From: Candidatus Methanosuratincola verstraetei
GTDB lineage: Archaea; Thermoproteota; Methanomethylicia; Methanomethylicales; Methanomethylicaceae
DNA: 64,000 nucleotides
Reading direction: 5' to 3'
Assembly (NCBI GenBank): GCA_049570475.1
Contig: CP186953.1
Location: 928,001-992,000, forward strand
The notes beneath the pieces are model-generated. The model was not told where the DNA came from and searched no databases. It worked only from the letters and a program-made list of their open reading frames with translations. The translations under genes and the position numbers were made by a program. The first letter of the stretch is position 1. Every line of letters starts with the position of its first letter. Below, piece after piece: positions 1 through 10,085 of the stretch.

Positions 1-68
1 TGAAGTCGAAGAGGGAAGTCGCCAGCCAGGTGCTCGATCTATACCTAAGGAGGGCTGGGATTTGCTGA
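1..68 (+). CDS. 3' end of probable CoaBC (Dfp), partial
   Basis: Frame from nt 3 reads [21 protein letters not shown], resembling the SKxEVA C-terminal helix of CoaBC. Its stop overlaps the pantoate kinase start. Confidence 0.55.
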   Translation, partial: KSKREVASQVLDLYLRRAGIC

Positions 69-1015
69 GCCAGGGGGAGACTATCGCCGGCGAGGGGTAT
101 GCCCCTGCCCACATTACGGGATTCTTCACGATATGCATGGCAGAAGAGCCCATCAGATCAGGATCGACTGGCGCAGGGATCTGCATAGCAGGCGGGGTCA
201 GGACCAGGCTTTTGGCAAGGGAGGGGTACATGCCTGGATTCGAGCTTCGCTGCAACGGCTCTCCGATCTCTTCCCCGACATGCAGCTACGTGGCATCTAA
301 GATGGTGCCTCAGTCAGAGAGGTATGCTGTGACCGCGGATCAGGAATCGGTCCTGCCGGCTAACTATGGTTATGGCATAAGCGGCTCCTCGGCGCTGAGC
401 CTAGCCATCTCGATCAACCGCGCCTTCAAGATGGGGATGCGCTTGAGGGAGGTCGCTTCCGTGGCTCACGCCGCCGAGGTCGTGAATGCGACCGGGCTCG
501 GAGACGTGCTTGCAGAGGTCATGGGTGGGCTAGAGGTGAGGATTAGCCCCGGAGGCCCTGGCATAGGGGTGGCAAGGCAGATCCTCTTGAGCAAGGACTA
601 TGTGGTCGTCTCCACGCCGGTATACGAATACCAGACAAGATCCATGATCACCGAGCGCCCCCTTGTGAACCGAATAAACCGGCTGGGTAAGCAGGCGCTT
701 GAGGCTTTCCTCGAGAGCCCCACGGTAGAGAACTTCATGCTCCAATCCAGAAGATTCTGGGACGGCGTCGGCTTATCCAACGACACGATCCGAGCCGTGC
801 TGAGAAGATACGAGGCAGCGGGGGTTACCCCCTCGGCGAAGAAGGGTCTCGTCTTCGCGATCGTTGAGCGGGATCAGCTCAAAAAGGCTCTTAGGTTACT
901 CGCCGAAGCCAATGTTGAATCCGAATCGCCCCCAGTCAACCTGAAAATGCCTGGGGGTCTCAAGCTGATAGTCTCTGAAATTCACAGGAGTGGAATTGAA
1001 TGGGAGTCCGTCTGA
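62..1015 (+). CDS. pok: Pantoate kinase (GHMP family)
   Basis: [21 protein letters not shown] and TGLGDV motifs; overlaps the PPS gene. Confidence 0.92.
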   Translation: MLSQGETIAGEGYAPAHITGFFTICMAEEPIRSGSTGAGICIAGGVRTRLLAREGYMPGFELRCNGSPISSPTCSYVASKMVPQSERYAVTADQESVLPANYGYGISGSSALSLAISINRAFKMGMRLREVASVAHAAEVVNATGLGDVLAEVMGGLEVRISPGGPGIGVARQILLSKDYVVVSTPVYEYQTRSMITERPLVNRINRLGKQALEAFLESPTVENFMLQSRRFWDGVGLSNDTIRAVLRRYEAAGVTPSAKKGLVFAIVERDQLKKALRLLAEANVESESPPVNLKMPGGLKLIVSEIHRSGIEWESV

Positions 1016-1773
1016 AAATACCGAAAAACCATGTGAGGGCAGCCTCACTGCTGATAAGGGAAAGGCTCGTCGAAGGAGAGGAGAAGAATGTCGTCACAAA
1101 GTCTGGGCTGATCGCACACGGGAGGGGGGAGGCTTTCGACTACCTCATTGGAGAGGAGACGACGCCTGAAGCCCTCTTCGCGACAAGGGCAGCCGCGGCC
1201 GCACTCCTTCTTGCATCCCATCCTGTCATATCAGTAAACGGAAATGCAGCTGCACTCGTCCCAGGCGAGCTGGTCAGGCTGTCTGAGGCTGTGCCTGCCC
1301 CCCTGGAGGTCAACCTCTTCTACAGGACAAGGGAGAGGGAGATCGCAGTCAGGGATTCGCTATTGGCGGCAGGCGCCAAGCACGTCCTTGGCGTGGGCCG
1401 GGCGGCCAGCGCAAGGATCCCTGAGCTCTTCAGCGAGAGGCGCAAGGTCGATCCCAGGGGGATCTACGCGGCGGATGTTGTTCTCGTGCCGCTTGAGGAC
1501 GGCGACAGGACAATGGCCCTGAAGAAGATGAACAAATACGTGATAACCATCGACCTGAACCCGCTCTCGAGGACCGCCCAGACCGCAGACATCACTATAG
1601 TCGACAACATAATACGCGCGCTTCCCAACTTGGTCTCAGCCGTGGAAGAGCTAAGGTCACAGGACAGGTCGGTCCTGAATGAGATCCTCGAAGAATTCGA
1701 CAACAGGAAGAACCTTTCCAGTATGCTCATCCACATAAGGGACCGACTTACCAGGCTCGCAGAGGAACAGTGA
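1000..1773 (+). CDS. pps: 4-phosphopantoate--beta-alanine ligase (phosphopantothenate synthetase)
   Basis: IPxxHx[34 protein letters not shown] and IDLNPLSRT motifs. Confidence 0.96.
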   Translation: MGVRLKIPKNHVRAASLLIRERLVEGEEKNVVTKSGLIAHGRGEAFDYLIGEETTPEALFATRAAAAALLLASHPVISVNGNAAALVPGELVRLSEAVPAPLEVNLFYRTREREIAVRDSLLAAGAKHVLGVGRAASARIPELFSERRKVDPRGIYAADVVLVPLEDGDRTMALKKMNKYVITIDLNPLSRTAQTADITIVDNIIRALPNLVSAVEELRSQDRSVLNEILEEFDNRKNLSSMLIHIRDRLTRLAEEQ

Positions 1774-1774
1774 A

Positions 1775-2290
1775 ATGGCGTCCAGAGAAAGGCGGTCCTT
1801 CATTCTGATATATGTAGCGGTTTTCGGCGCCCTCTCCATAGTGCTGAGCAGCATCCGTGTCTCGTTCCCGCTCGGAAACCCGAACCTGGGATCAACCCCT
1901 GTCTCCATAGCCGCGGCAGCCTCGCCAGGCCTTGCCGCATTCGCCGTCGGCTTGATAAAAGGTCTCGGGGTCTCGCTTTGGACAGGCCAGGCGCTGATAG
2001 AGATACCTGCTGGAATCGGGGACGGCATGATGGGGGTCCTGACCTCCTGGCTCTCTAGGAGGATAAACCCAGTGCTGGCGGTCGCAGTAGGCCAGCTCAG
2101 CCGCTACTTCTTCACCTCCGGAATGATCGCGCTCTCCCTCACGATCAGCAAGTCCTACCCGGGTTTCCTGGAGGCTTGGATCGCCATGATCCCAGCAATT
2201 ACCGCGTCTATAATTGTGAACCTGGCGCTTTCTACCGCTGCGGTCGCGGGCTTGCGGCGGTTCTATCCATCCGTGTTCAGGAGGCCTTGA
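1775..2290 (+). CDS. Membrane protein, probable ECF transporter S-component
   Basis: 171 aa with about 6 hydrophobic helices and AVFGA (AxxxA) in helix 1; starts 1 nt after the pps stop. Confidence 0.6.
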   Translation: MASRERRSFILIYVAVFGALSIVLSSIRVSFPLGNPNLGSTPVSIAAAASPGLAAFAVGLIKGLGVSLWTGQALIEIPAGIGDGMMGVLTSWLSRRINPVLAVAVGQLSRYFFTSGMIALSLTISKSYPGFLEAWIAMIPAITASIIVNLALSTAAVAGLRRFYPSVFRRP

Positions 2291-2455
2291 GTGCTCGCCA
2301 TCACCAGAATGGCACATAAAGCCCGCGCCTCCAGGGTTGGGATTTTGCAAGCGCCGTGTGCCCTGGAGATGAAGCGCTGCTGGACATATTCACGGATAAG
2401 AATTTATTCCTCCATTATGAGTCATAAGTAGCGACAGCGGTGCTGCCGCCCAGGG

Positions 2456-3901
2456 GTGTTAGGTTTGGATACAAAAACCGCTGTTCAGATATTCGGCACG
2501 TTTGCAGAGAGCAAGCCAGTCCAGTTCGCCCTCCGTAGGATGAGCGAGTATTGCCATGAGGATGGTAAGTCGCGGCTCGAGGTCGCGCTCGAGCTCTACA
2601 CCGGAGTCAGGGAGGAGGCTTGCCTGAAGTGCAGGATGGCTGAGAAGACTGTTTCTGCCTTCCTATCATTGGGCGGGAAGGCATTCGGCGCCAGCAGTGA
2701 AGAGATGAAAGATAAGTTCAGGGACAAGTACTGGAGGCGCGGTCTCGCAAATGTCGTGAAGGGGATCTCAATCTTCGGCGTCCGGAAGCCCTTCGTGCCA
2801 GGCGCCCCCTTCCAGGTCGTCTGGAATGTGACCAACAGCTGCAACCTGCGCTGCAAGCACTGCTATGCTAATGCGGGGCAGAACCCAGATCTGGATCTCT
2901 CCACAGAGGATGCCAAGCGGGTCATAGACAGGATAGCGGAGTGGGGCGTCGTGGTCCTCGCATTCTCTGGCGGGGAGCCGCTGGTCCGGAGGGACATACT
3001 CGAGCTTGCAAGGCACTCCTCTTCAAGGGGCCTCTACACCGCAATAGCCACGAACGGCGTGCTCCTTACGAAAGAGAAGTGCAGAGAGCTCAGGGAAGCC
3101 GGGGTCGAATACCTCCAGATAAGCCTTGACGGGGCGAAGGCAGAGACCCACGACTCGTTCAGGGGGGTAGATGGCATGTTCGCCAGGACCGTCGAGGGCA
3201 TCAGGAATGCCGTGGAGGCCGGCTTCTTTGTCAACATCGCAACGACCGTCACAAGGCACAACCTAAAGGAAATCCCTGAGATGATGACCCTCTGCGAGGA
3301 TCTTGGGGTAGACTGGTTCATGATGTACAACTTCGTACCTACCGGCAGAGGGAGGTTCATAGAGGAGAACGACCTCTCGCCCCGCGAGAGGGAGGATCTG
3401 CTCAGGATGCTCTGGGAGAGGATGAAGACGAGCAAATTGAACCTCCTTTCCACTGCGCCGCAGTTCGCTAGGGTTGCGCTCGAGGCAGAGGGCGCATCCT
3501 GCAGCGTCGTTCCTACCCACTTTTCGAACACAGAGCTCCCCGGGCAGCTCCGCTCACTCGCCGATTTCATAGGGGGCTGTGGGGCAGGGCGTTTCTACAT
3601 CGCCCTCGAACCGAACGGGGACATGACGCCGTGCGTCTTCTTTCCGAAGAAAGTGGGTAACATCCTCGAGGAATCGCCTGAGCGCCTCTGGGCTGAGCTG
3701 GATGACTTCCGAAGGTTGAGGGACAGAGGATCCCTCCAAGGCGGATGCGGCTCCTGCGACTACAGGTTCGTCTGCGGCGGGTGCAGAGCCCGGGCGTACG
3801 GGTACTTCGGAGACTTCACACTTCCGGATCCGGGGTGCATCCGTAACGAGGATGAGTACGCAAAGCTTACCCGTATCCAAGGCGCACCTCAAGCAGTTTG
3901 A
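2456..3901 (+). CDS. Radical SAM/SPASM protein with N-terminal extension (possibly Gms/Gmm-like tetraether lipid-modifying family)
   Basis: CNLRCKHC, FSGGEP, SPASM cysteines (GCGAG, PC, CGSC...CGGCRA, DPGC) and an extra N-terminal CLKC region. Confidence 0.85.
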   Translation: MLGLDTKTAVQIFGTFAESKPVQFALRRMSEYCHEDGKSRLEVALELYTGVREEACLKCRMAEKTVSAFLSLGGKAFGASSEEMKDKFRDKYWRRGLANVVKGISIFGVRKPFVPGAPFQVVWNVTNSCNLRCKHCYANAGQNPDLDLSTEDAKRVIDRIAEWGVVVLAFSGGEPLVRRDILELARHSSSRGLYTAIATNGVLLTKEKCRELREAGVEYLQISLDGAKAETHDSFRGVDGMFARTVEGIRNAVEAGFFVNIATTVTRHNLKEIPEMMTLCEDLGVDWFMMYNFVPTGRGRFIEENDLSPREREDLLRMLWERMKTSKLNLLSTAPQFARVALEAEGASCSVVPTHFSNTELPGQLRSLADFIGGCGAGRFYIALEPNGDMTPCVFFPKKVGNILEESPERLWAELDDFRRLRDRGSLQGGCGSCDYRFVCGGCRARAYGYFGDFTLPDPGCIRNEDEYAKLTRIQGAPQAV

Positions 3902-3988
3902 AAGCGCTGAAGGCGAATGGAAAAAGCTTTTAAACTCAGGAATTTTCTTTCTGCTTGTTCATAATTAATTGGATGGAAGGTTTTTGGG

Positions 3989-5185
3989 ATGGAAATAAAG
4001 AAGATAGCGTTGGCTTATTCTGGCGGTCTTGACACATCTGTGGCGATCAAGTGGCTTTCTGAGAAGTACGGATCCAAGATCGTCACAGTAACGGTCGATG
4101 TAGGTCAGGAGGAAGACTTCAGAGCAATTGGCGAGAAGGCACTCAATGTGGGGGCAGAGAACCACTACACGGTCGACGCGAAGGAGGAGTTCATAAGGGA
4201 ATACGTCTTCCCTTCGATCAAGGCAAACGGGCTATACCAGGGGAAGTACCCTGTCTCCACCGCGCTCAGCAGGCCGCTGATAGCCAGGAAGCTGATGGAT
4301 ATCGCGCACAGGGAGGGCTGCGACGCCGTTGCCCACGGCTGCACAGGCAAGGGCAACGACCAGCTAAGGATCGAGATATCGTGCAGGGCGCTCGACCCGA
4401 CCATGAAGATACTCGCCCCCACCAGGGAATGGGGGATGAGCCGGGATCAGGAGGTCGAGTACGCGATGAAGCACGGCATCCCGGTGTCTCAGGCTGCTAA
4501 GAAATACAGCATAGACCAGAACCTCTGGGGGAGGTCCATCGAGAGCGGTCCGCTCGAGAATCCTTGGAACAGCCCAGAAGAGGATGGTTGGGAGTGGACG
4601 ACCTCGCCGGAGCGCGCACCTGACAAGCCAACCCTCATCGAGCTTGAGTTCAGGAAAGGCGTCCCGGTAGGAATCAACGGGGAGGCCTGCTCGCCAGTCG
4701 AGTTGGTGAGGCGGCTGAACAAGGTGGCCGGCGAGAACGGGGTTGGCAGGATTGACCACATGGAGGACCGGATTGTTGGAATAAAGTCGCGCGAGACGTA
4801 TGAGTGCCCTGCCGCCCTCACGATACTTGAGGCTCACAAGGATCTCGAGAAGCTTGTGCTCAACAGGCATGAGCTCAGCTTCAAGAGGTTGGTCGACGAG
4901 CAGTGGACTTTCATGGTCTATGCGGGCTTCTGGGACGATCCCCTGAGGGAGGAGCTCGACGCCTTCCTCAACAAGGCAAACGATCGCCTTGACGGGCGGG
5001 TCAAGGTCAAGCTCTACAAGGGGTCGATGATCGTTGTCGGCAGGGAGTCTCCCAACTCGGTCTACGACTTCAGGACAGCCACCTATGACTCCTCGTCCAC
5101 CTTCGATCAGTCGCTCTCCAAGGGGTTCGTCGAGCTCTGGGGCCTGCCCACGGTCGTAGCAAGGAAGATCATGTCAGGGCGCTGA
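3989..5185 (+). CDS. argG: Argininosuccinate synthase
   Basis: LAYSGGLDTS, HGCTGKGNDQ, SIDQNLWGRSIE and GIKSRETYE motifs. Confidence 0.98.
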   Translation: MEIKKIALAYSGGLDTSVAIKWLSEKYGSKIVTVTVDVGQEEDFRAIGEKALNVGAENHYTVDAKEEFIREYVFPSIKANGLYQGKYPVSTALSRPLIARKLMDIAHREGCDAVAHGCTGKGNDQLRIEISCRALDPTMKILAPTREWGMSRDQEVEYAMKHGIPVSQAAKKYSIDQNLWGRSIESGPLENPWNSPEEDGWEWTTSPERAPDKPTLIELEFRKGVPVGINGEACSPVELVRRLNKVAGENGVGRIDHMEDRIVGIKSRETYECPAALTILEAHKDLEKLVLNRHELSFKRLVDEQWTFMVYAGFWDDPLREELDAFLNKANDRLDGRVKVKLYKGSMIVVGRESPNSVYDFRTATYDSSSTFDQSLSKGFVELWGLPTVVARKIMSGR

Positions 5186-5192
5186 GATCCCG

Positions 5193-6695
5193 GTGGGACC
5201 TGCCTTGAAGATTACTCGCGGCGGGCGGCTCTCCGGGGATCTGACCGGAGATGTGGCGAGGTTCACCTCATCCGCAGAGCACGACCATTACATAGCGGAT
5301 GCTGTGATCGAGATAAACAAGGCGCACGTCCTTGCGCTGGCGAGCTCCAAATGCATTGGAAAGGGGGATGTGACCGCCCTCCTCTCAGCCCTCGGCAGCC
5401 TGTCTGGCAAGGTGAAGCACGTCCCTCCAGAAATGGAGGACATCCACATGGTCGTCGAGGAGGAGGTCACGCGCCTTGTCGGTCAGGAGACAGGCGGGAA
5501 GATGCATACAGGCAAGAGCCGAAACGATCAGGTTGCGACAGCAATAAGAATGCGTCTGAGGGCCTTTGTCATTGAGATCTGCGACGGAATCATCTCGCTC
5601 CAGCGCTCGCTGCTCAAAAGGGCCGCTTCGCCCGAAGGCAGGGCAGTCGTGCCCGGATACACCCACCTCCAGCACGCCCAGCCTGTTACGATCGCACACT
5701 GGCTCCTTGCCCACCACGACTCGATCAAGAGGAGCTTCGACAGGCTGATCTGCTCATATCCCAGGGTCAACCTCTGCCCGATGGGGTCCGCTGCCCTCGC
5801 AGGGACTGGGTTCAACATAGACAGGTCCGAGGTCGCGGGATACCTCGGGTTCGATGGTCTGCTGGAAAACACAATGGATGCCGTCTCCTCCAGGGATTTC
5901 GCCATCGAGGTCGTCTCGTCCCTCGCGATCCTGATGGTAGACCTGAGCAGGTTTGCGGAGGAGATGATTGTCTGGTCGTCCTCGGAATTCGGCTACATCG
6001 ATCTACCAGACGACCACGCCTCCACGAGCAGCATCATGCCCCAGAAGAAAAACCCTGTCACCCTTGAAATAGTCCGGGCGAAATGCGGATCGGTGCTGGG
6101 AGATCTGGTCTCTATCGTGGCTATCATGAAGGCACTGCCCCTCGCTTACAACTTGGACATGCAGGAGCTGACTCCGCACCTTTGGGACGCCTGCGAGTCG
6201 GTCTCCCTGTCTGTCAGGGTGCTTGCGGACTTTGTAGACAAAGTAAAGTTCAACGAGTCCAAGATCAGGGCCTCGCTGGACAAGGGTTCTTCTGTGGCCA
6301 CAGAACTTGCGGACGTCCTCGTCAGGGAGGGCGGCATACCGTTCCGCAAGGCTCACCACGTTGTAGGGTCTCTAGTCAGGACACTATCTGATGAGGGTCT
6401 TTCCCTTTCTGAGGTTGACCCGGAGCGACTGCGGGCAATGATATTGGCAGAGTCCGGCATAGATCTGCCAAAAGGATCTGTTGAGCGCGCGGTCTCGCCA
6501 GAAATGAATGTCAACGTGAGGAATGTGCGTGGCGGCCCTTCTTATGCTGAAGCAAAGCGGATGATAATCGAAAGGGTGAGATCCCTGGAAGGCGAGGAGA
6601 AAACTGTAGCGGCTATCCGAGACAAGATCGACAAGGCGAAGGAGGCAATGGCGAAGGAGATTGAGGCTATCCTCCGTTCTGGAGCAAGTGAGTAG
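5193..6695 (+). CDS. argH: Argininosuccinate lyase
   Basis: HTGKSRNDQV, PGYTHLQHAQP and SSIMPQKKNP motifs. Confidence 0.97.
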   Translation: MGPALKITRGGRLSGDLTGDVARFTSSAEHDHYIADAVIEINKAHVLALASSKCIGKGDVTALLSALGSLSGKVKHVPPEMEDIHMVVEEEVTRLVGQETGGKMHTGKSRNDQVATAIRMRLRAFVIEICDGIISLQRSLLKRAASPEGRAVVPGYTHLQHAQPVTIAHWLLAHHDSIKRSFDRLICSYPRVNLCPMGSAALAGTGFNIDRSEVAGYLGFDGLLENTMDAVSSRDFAIEVVSSLAILMVDLSRFAEEMIVWSSSEFGYIDLPDDHASTSSIMPQKKNPVTLEIVRAKCGSVLGDLVSIVAIMKALPLAYNLDMQELTPHLWDACESVSLSVRVLADFVDKVKFNESKIRASLDKGSSVATELADVLVREGGIPFRKAHHVVGSLVRTLSDEGLSLSEVDPERLRAMILAESGIDLPKGSVERAVSPEMNVNVRNVRGGPSYAEAKRMIIERVRSLEGEEKTVAAIRDKIDKAKEAMAKEIEAILRSGASE

Positions 6696-6879
6696 CAACC
6701 TCCTTCACCAGCTTTCCTGTCCTTTCATTCTTAATAATGGCCTCGAGATACTCGGTCCACTTAAGCCCTGTCCTTTCCGCCCAGACATTGAAATGCTCCC
6801 GCAGCTTCCTCTCTGCCTCGGCGTGCCTATCGCAAGTCCCCTCGACCCCCTCCTCCCTTCCGCAGATCTTGCACTTCAT
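6667..6879 (-). CDS. Small Zn-finger-like hypothetical protein
   Basis: MKCKICG...CDRH; ATGA overlap with the topA stop at 6876-6879. Confidence 0.7.
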   Translation of the reverse strand: MKCKICGREEGVEGTCDRHAEAERKLREHFNVWAERTGLKWTEYLEAIIKNERTGKLVKEVATHLLQNGG

Positions 6880-8933
6880 CCTTTCACCCTCAATGGACAC
6901 CCTGGATTAAGGCATACCCTCCAGGGCTTGGCCCAACCCCCGATGACCAACACGGTGGGATAACCACACGCCCTGCACGCCTCCCCTGTGGCCTTTATAG
7001 TGCCCCTCTGGGGAAGCGGTGCTGAGAAGTTGCACCCTGCGCCATAGTTCGAGCAGCCCACGAACCTCTTGCCAGTCTTCCTTGAACGGACAATCTTGAG
7101 ATATCCATTTTTGCATGACGGGCAGGGGCCGATCTTCCCCCTCTGGTCCCTCAATCCGTCTACGAGGGTGCTGATCTCCGCGCCCGCAGCCTCGAGCTCA
7201 GAGATCATGCGTTCAAAAGCTCCTTTGATGGTCTCTGCCCCTCTTATGATTACGGATGAGTATGCCTCTCTGCCCTCCTCTATCCCCTCCATCCTTTCCT
7301 CTAGGTCCCTGGTCAGTCCAATCGACACCAGATCGGGGAAGCGCTTTCTAAGCATCTCGATTACCCCGCGACCCAGATCCGTCACGTGGATGCTGCTGCC
7401 CGAGATATATCCCCGCCTGTAAAGCGTGCTTATTATCTCTGCGCGGGTTGACTTGGTGCCCAATCCGTTCCTTTCCATGAATCTGATCAGGCTGCTCTGG
7501 TTGAACCTGGGGGGCGGATCGGTGAACCTCTCTTCGACCCACACCCTCTCAGCCCTCGCCGCCTCTCCCTCCTTCGCCTCTGGCAGCCTTGAGCCGCCGA
7601 TCTTCACATAGGGTGCGTAGTGTTTCATCCATCCAGGATCGGATACCGATTCTGCCTCGACCTTGAATACGTCGCCCCGTTCCAGCTCGACCTCTATGGT
7701 CTTGAAGGATTTCCGGGCAGGAGGTCCGAAAGTAGATATGAACCTTTTGACTATCAGATCATAAACTTTTCTTGCGTCTGCCCTGAGTGTATTGGGCTTG
7801 ATCCCTGTGGGATGGATGGCCGGATGGGCAGGGTCCGACTTCTTGCCCTGCCTAGGCCAGAGGCCCCTCCCGGAATCCGCATAATTGAGTATCGAGCTTA
7901 CGCTCTCCTTATACGCCTCATTCATTCCTAGCTTCGTGAGGATCCCCTTGAAACCTATCGAGGGGGGCAGCTGCTGGCTCGACGTCCTCGGGTATGATAT
8001 CAGCCCCTCGAGATAGAGGCCTTCTGCTATCTTCTGTGTTCTCCACGGTTGGAACCCGAAAACCCTGTATGCCTCCCTCTGGAGCTCCCCGAGATCGAAA
8101 GGGTGCGGGGCAGGTATTGTCAACTCGCCCTCCTCGACCCGACGTACAGTTCCTGAGGACCCTTCGCACCTGAGTTTTAGCTCCTCCCCTTCCCCCTTCC
8201 TCAATATCGGGTTTTTTGAGTACTCCGCATTGGCGGTCTCTCCGCTTGATAGGAACCTGATCTCGGCTGCGGAAGTCCAATACGGGTCTGGGATATGGAG
8301 ATCTATCTCGTCCTCCATCTTGCACAGCGCGTCAAGCGTAGGGCTCTGGATCCTGCCTGCGCTGAGCACCTCGAAACCTCCTGTGTTGAAACTGTAGGCG
8401 TCCATAATGGCCCTCGAGACGTTCACGCCAAATATCCAGTCGATCTCATGTCTGGCCATCCCTGCGTTTATGACCGGGACGTCGAGCTCAGAGGTTTTCT
8501 CGTATGCCCTTAAGAGCTCGTCTCTCGTGAGTGATGAGAACTTCATCCGCCTTGCCTTCGCGTCTGCACCGCCGCACGCATTCCTGAGTATCATGAACGC
8601 TATCAGGCTCCCTTCAGTGTCGTAATCGCAGGCGCTGATGAACGAGTCCGCCTCCTTCGCCAGCCTTGCGATCTCATCTAGGAATCGTTTCACTCGCCTT
8701 CCACTCGCCGGCTTCCAGACAAGGTTGAATACGGGAAAGCTCCAGCCCTTGCCTTGCTGCACTGGGCTGTAGAGGTGCCCTAGCGCGGACACCACTGTGA
8801 TAGTGTCACCATCCTTCTGGAACCGGTAGAATGGCAAGCCTTGACCAATCCTGCATACACCCCTGCCGCCGAGCGTGTACGCTATCTTCTTGGCAGCGCT
8901 CGGTTTCTCACAAACAAGTAAGTGGTGAGCCAC
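6876..8933 (-). CDS. topA: Type IA DNA topoisomerase
   Basis: TOPRIM EKP, GHL, DYDTEG, SAGRIQSP, catalytic ISYPRT and C-terminal Zn ribbons; start moved to GTG at 8933. Confidence 0.96.
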   Translation of the reverse strand: MAHHLLVCEKPSAAKKIAYTLGGRGVCRIGQGLPFYRFQKDGDTITVVSALGHLYSPVQQGKGWSFPVFNLVWKPASGRRVKRFLDEIARLAKEADSFISACDYDTEGSLIAFMILRNACGGADAKARRMKFSSLTRDELLRAYEKTSELDVPVINAGMARHEIDWIFGVNVSRAIMDAYSFNTGGFEVLSAGRIQSPTLDALCKMEDEIDLHIPDPYWTSAAEIRFLSSGETANAEYSKNPILRKGEGEELKLRCEGSSGTVRRVEEGELTIPAPHPFDLGELQREAYRVFGFQPWRTQKIAEGLYLEGLISYPRTSSQQLPPSIGFKGILTKLGMNEAYKESVSSILNYADSGRGLWPRQGKKSDPAHPAIHPTGIKPNTLRADARKVYDLIVKRFISTFGPPARKSFKTIEVELERGDVFKVEAESVSDPGWMKHYAPYVKIGGSRLPEAKEGEAARAERVWVEERFTDPPPRFNQSSLIRFMERNGLGTKSTRAEIISTLYRRGYISGSSIHVTDLGRGVIEMLRKRFPDLVSIGLTRDLEERMEGIEEGREAYSSVIIRGAETIKGAFERMISELEAAGAEISTLVDGLRDQRGKIGPCPSCKNGYLKIVRSRKTGKRFVGCSNYGAGCNFSAPLPQRGTIKATGEACRACGYPTVLVIGGWAKPWRVCLNPGCPLRVKG

Positions 8934-8984
8934 GCCGCCATCGACCCAAAATTTAATACTTTTGGGGGCTTTATTAAATGTGGT

Positions 8985-9542
8985 ATGCAACTCGCTTCGA
9001 TCAGGTCCAGGTTTCTCTTACTTTCGCTGTCGCTCTTCTACAACGCGGCTTTCGTAGATCGCGTCTGGACTGACCCGAAAATGAGGCGTACACTCGCAGG
9101 CGTAATTGGGACTCTGCTCATAGGCCTATCCGCTGCCGTGTACTCGATTGACCGGATCTTCTTCTCGACGAGCGCTTCACCTTACTCCGACTACGGAATA
9201 TTCCTTGGTCTTCTGCTGTTCCTAGTTGGAGCATGGAGGGGGGGCATGGTGATTGCCTTTGACATTGAGCGATCATGGTCGATCCTGAGGTCGAAAAAGA
9301 CAGTGCTCTGCTTTCTGAACGACCATATGCAGTCATCTGCGTACATCGAAGGGATCCTTACAGCATCGCAGGGCTTCGATAAGGGGAATGGTTTAAAAGT
9401 ATCCGAGAAGTATTTGAGGTTTGCAGCAGAGGTATGGGCCGAGTCCATGGCCAGGAAAGGTCTGATAAGGATTGAGAGGATCCTTGAGAATGGTGTTCTG
9501 GGTGATCTGATTGCCAATAAGAGTCTTGTGTCATCAATGTAA
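8985..9542 (+). CDS. Hypothetical membrane protein
   Basis: 2-3 hydrophobic helices in the N-terminal half; divergent from topA; ATG at 8985. Confidence 0.6.
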   Translation: MQLASIRSRFLLLSLSLFYNAAFVDRVWTDPKMRRTLAGVIGTLLIGLSAAVYSIDRIFFSTSASPYSDYGIFLGLLLFLVGAWRGGMVIAFDIERSWSILRSKKTVLCFLNDHMQSSAYIEGILTASQGFDKGNGLKVSEKYLRFAAEVWAESMARKGLIRIERILENGVLGDLIANKSLVSSM

Positions 9543-9717
9543 AGCAGTCCTCTACGAAGACCCCGAACTCGTTTCCCCAAAAGAGATACTCGAGAAGAAC
9601 AACGGGCGGTGCCCAAAGTGCTCAGCACCGCTGAGCTTTGACTCAAACAGCCTTCGGATCTCCATTTCAGACGAGAACAGGCGTGGCTTCATCAAGCTAT
9701 TCCAGAAGAATGTCTGA
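9511..9717 (+). CDS. Small Zn-ribbon protein
   Basis: CHQC...CPKC; GGTGA ribosome-binding site upstream of the TTG. Confidence 0.75.
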   Translation: MPIRVLCHQCKAVLYEDPELVSPKEILEKNNGRCPKCSAPLSFDSNSLRISISDENRRGFIKLFQKNV

Positions 9718-10085
9718 ATCGGGCCGTCCTTGTTGTGGTGCCACGACAGTTTTAGCTTAAGGGCTCGACAAGAAAGCCTTCGGTCTCAACCGCGGATCGG
9801 TTGTCGATGACCGTTGATGCAGCCACAGGGTATATCGACCTGTCGAAGCCCATCCACCCCCTGGGAAAGGTCTTTCTAACCCCGTAGTGCTCGGTCTATA
9901 AAGACGATAGGATCTTCATCAATGGATGGTAATGGGCGGCGGGATGGCATGAGGCGTGGTCTAGAAGGGCGAGGAATAACCGACCCAATGGATCCCTAGG
10001 GCAAAACCTGAAGAATTCATTCGAGGAAAAGCGTCAACCATAAATAAAAATAGCAAGAAGCAGAAAGAGGATAGGGGTTGTCACA

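Noticed and set aside
9718-10085. RNase P or SRP RNA in the long spacer
   Set aside because: No GAGGAAAGUCC-type P4 signature or SRP helix-8 motif was found on either strand.
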